Positions 61,127 to 64,000 of a DNA stretch of 64,000 bases are shown piece after piece. The stretch is taken from NCBI GenBank assembly GCA_013265495.1, contig MU057560.1:2728909-2792908 (forward strand). The letters are read 5' to 3'. Each line of letters begins with the position of its first letter. Positions within the stretch are counted from its first letter, which is position 1. The notes below the pieces were generated by a model, which saw only the letters and a list, made by a program, of their open reading frames with translations, searched no databases and was not told where the DNA came from. Made by a program: the position numbers and the translations under genes. The DNA comes from Vicugna vicugna (Eukaryota).

Positions 61127-64000
61127 GGAGCAGCCCTGAGGACAGCCTGGAACATGAGGTGACTCGTGCCAAGAGCTGTCTCACAGCTCCCTGTGAATCC
61201 GCCAGGCGTTTCCTTGTTGCATTTTTTTCTAGGAAACAGCGGCAGGGAATCAGAAGCCTTTTTTAAAAATCTGCCTGGCAAGAGCCGAAGCTCGTTTAAG
61301 ATGTGGCTCACTGACTCCGCCCAAACCCCCGGCGGGGGCGTGCTGTGCTCCGGGCCAGGTGCTCGCTGCTTGGCTGACGGGACTGACGGGACGGAGAGAG
61401 AGCTTCTGAGACCAGAAGCAGCCAGGTGCGGGCGTCAGAGCGGCCGGTCCGCCCCGACTGTGAAGATGGCTCCACGGGAACGTTGCAGAGTGGCGAGGCC
61501 AGGGGCCCGGAGTGAGGACGTGGCTGTGAAGTGCGCTCGGGGCTCCGTGTGCGACTCGAGTCTGCAGCTGCATGACCCTAGAGGTGCGTCCTCTGTCGGC
61601 TGTAGTTCAAGTTGAGGGAAGTGAACCCACCGTGCTCCTCAGAGAGGCCCTGCTGCTGCTGACAAAGCCTCAGGCTCGCCGGGGGCACAGTCTTGGCATG
61701 GAAATGTGTTTCCAGAGCAACAGGCACTTCCTCTTAGTGAGAGCCGAGCAACGCAACCCCCTCCTCCAGGAAGAGCAGGTGCAGTTGGGGGGGGGTAGTG
61801 GCACTTTGCTCACGTCGTGGTGCTCCCAGCCGCCATCCGGTGTCTCGCCTCGTCGGCCCAACACAGAGGTCGTCTGAGCTGCTCATGGGCCTCCGACTTG
61901 GTTAATACAAACATATTAAAAATAGCGTTTTTTGTGAAAATGGTAGTGGAACCGAAACAAGAACCATTAGATGAGGATGAACTGGAGCTCCCTTCCATCC
62001 CCGCCGTTTCCCTGAAAAGTGGCAGGAGACTCTTTTGGAATAAGAGACAAGGCCGTCGGACGGCTGTCCTGTGGAAGCCCAGCCCCTGAGCGATTCGGGT
62101 TTGCCTAATCACCTGGTGAGGCTGTGAGCCACCTGACCTGCTCTTGTCAAGCTAAGGACGCAAAGTCACGAGTAATAAGCGTGCTTCCCGCGTTTGCACG
62201 CCGCGGCTCCCCGTGCCTCCGCTCCCGCGTCGCTGCGTGGTTCCCTGCTGTACCTTTAAGGGCCGAGATAAGGCCCGAACTCAGTCATTGTTCTCACCAC
62301 CTGAGACAGTGCGTGCGCTGATCTGCTCTGTTTTGTTATTTTACGAAAGGGTCCCTGAGCCCCTCGTTCCTAAGTGAGTAAGTAACCAGAGCGACGTCAG
62401 CGGAGCAGCTGCTTCAGCTCTTCAGCGGAACACGTGTTTTGCCAGCCCAGCTGTGCCGCGATCGAAAGTCTGTCCTTGGTGGACTTGAACGAAATGGCCA
62501 GATTTTCCCCCAAACTGACGGAAACGAATGGGAAGAAAAGCAGCTTTGCTTTCATTAGAAACCTTGACAAAGTTCAGTTAGAACCTCTTGTTTTCACTAA
62601 TCTCCCCAGGACGGTTCTGCTGCCCTCATGTCTCAGCAGGGACCTCCTGGCTCAGGCCAGGACCACCTGCTCCACCCAAACTGGGTCCCTCCTGTGACGT
62701 CAGCCTCTCCCACGGCCCAGAAGCCACCTCCGATACCGCGTCACCTCGCCCCATCACCTTGGCCAAGTGAGGGGCAGGTGTGAAGGGAGGAGAAGCAGCC
62801 TCGTGCCGCTCTGGGAAGGACGGAGCACTGGAACGGCTCCGGTGAATCCAGCTAAACCCGCGGTGAACCTCTAGTCTACGCTTCCGCGTGATCGGCAACT
62901 CGAACGTAGTGCGCAGAGAAGTCTAACGAGTAAACTAGACTTTTTCCCACACTTGCTCATGAGAACTGAATGGTCCGAGTTCTGCTGAAAGTATTTTACA
63001 TAAAAATAGGTGATGCTCGGTGTGTTTGCATGCGGCGTGTGAGCTTTTGGGGAGTAGGTTCCTCTTTCCTGTCTGGTGGTGTCCGGAACAGCAGAAGGCC
63101 AAGTCCTGAGGAAACCAGATTCCCGTCCGGTGAGTGGGCGCTTTGCGCTGTCCCGGCCCGTGGGGAGCTGGGTGCTGAGCGCCCCGAGGTGGAGCCCCAT
63201 GCCGTATTTCCGCCCGCACTGGCAGGGGCCGAGGCAGCACTGCCCTTTCAGTCTCGCTCCCGGGGAGCCCCCCGCTCAGCCCACTTCCCTCCAGACTGGA
63301 GCTGAGACTCGGAGGCCCGGGGGTGCGCACGGCGCCACACGACCAGACAGATGTCCATGAGCTGACCTTCACACACAGCCCCCGGGAATGCTTTCTGGCC
63401 TGGTTATTCCAAATCAGCTTTTTAAAATCACATTAACAGGTTTTATTGTGCAGTTTATAAATCCACCTTGTACTAAGGAGCGACACATTGGAAATAACAT
63501 GTAAGTTGTGTCTGTGCACCTAACCTCTGCTCCAGACGCCTGCCGAGTGGTGTGATGCTTGGCCCCGCCTGATCACTAGACCTGGTGTCGTCTGTTTCTT
63601 GTAAACGAGGAACGTGAGGGGGAGAGAAGCCACGTGGTCACACAGCGCATAGCGAAACGAGGTTTGAACCACCGGATACCTGACACCAGCGTCACGGACA
63701 GAAGTGAGAAACGATACGGACAGAAAATGAATGAAAGTGTAAACAGTTGCCATCAGAGCTTAGGAATCAGGCAGTTTGGGATCACGGAGAAAAAGTGCAG
63801 AAGCCCCCAGCCAGCCCCGTGGGGAGCCCTCGCTCTGCAGCACGGCCGGCGACGTGCCAGCGGCCCCGAGTAGGTGCTCAGTGCGTGGTGCTCCGTGTGT
63901 GCCAAAGCCTGGAGACGGAAGGCCGCGGACTGCCCTGGGGAGACCAAGCGCGCTGCGGCCATGCAGGCCTGGGCCCAAACCTGCGTCTCGGGCAGACCGG

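Noticed and set aside
61935..62089. Protein-like peptide VEPKQEPLDEDELEL
   Set aside because: No polypyrimidine acceptor or matching donor; a short acidic motif is likely chance.

Overview
Mammalian genomic DNA, most likely a camelid (alpaca/llama/camel). The species call rests on a tRNA-Ala-derived Vic-1-type SINE at 40.6 kb and young L1 3' ends of a matching type. The window is GC/CpG-rich, as in subtelomeric regions, and appears intronic or intergenic. I found no convincing host protein-coding exon; the ORFs in the track look like GC-rich noise or decayed L1 ORF2. Identifiable content is mostly retroelements and repeats: a solo ERV LTR with a phased array of 8 CCAAT boxes, young and old L1 fragments (two inverted by twin priming, one probably with a 3' transduction), an orphan L1 5'UTR, MaLR LTRs, L2, MIR, hAT fossils, a TSD-flanked 295-bp non-TE retrocopy, two minisatellites and a near-perfect 320-bp tandem duplication. 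There are local signs of AT->GC-biased substitution and several candidate conserved non-coding enhancers. I found no CRISPR or other prokaryote-type system and no clear new biological system. Repeat family names come from recall of consensus sequences, not a database search, and boundaries of old repeats are approximate.
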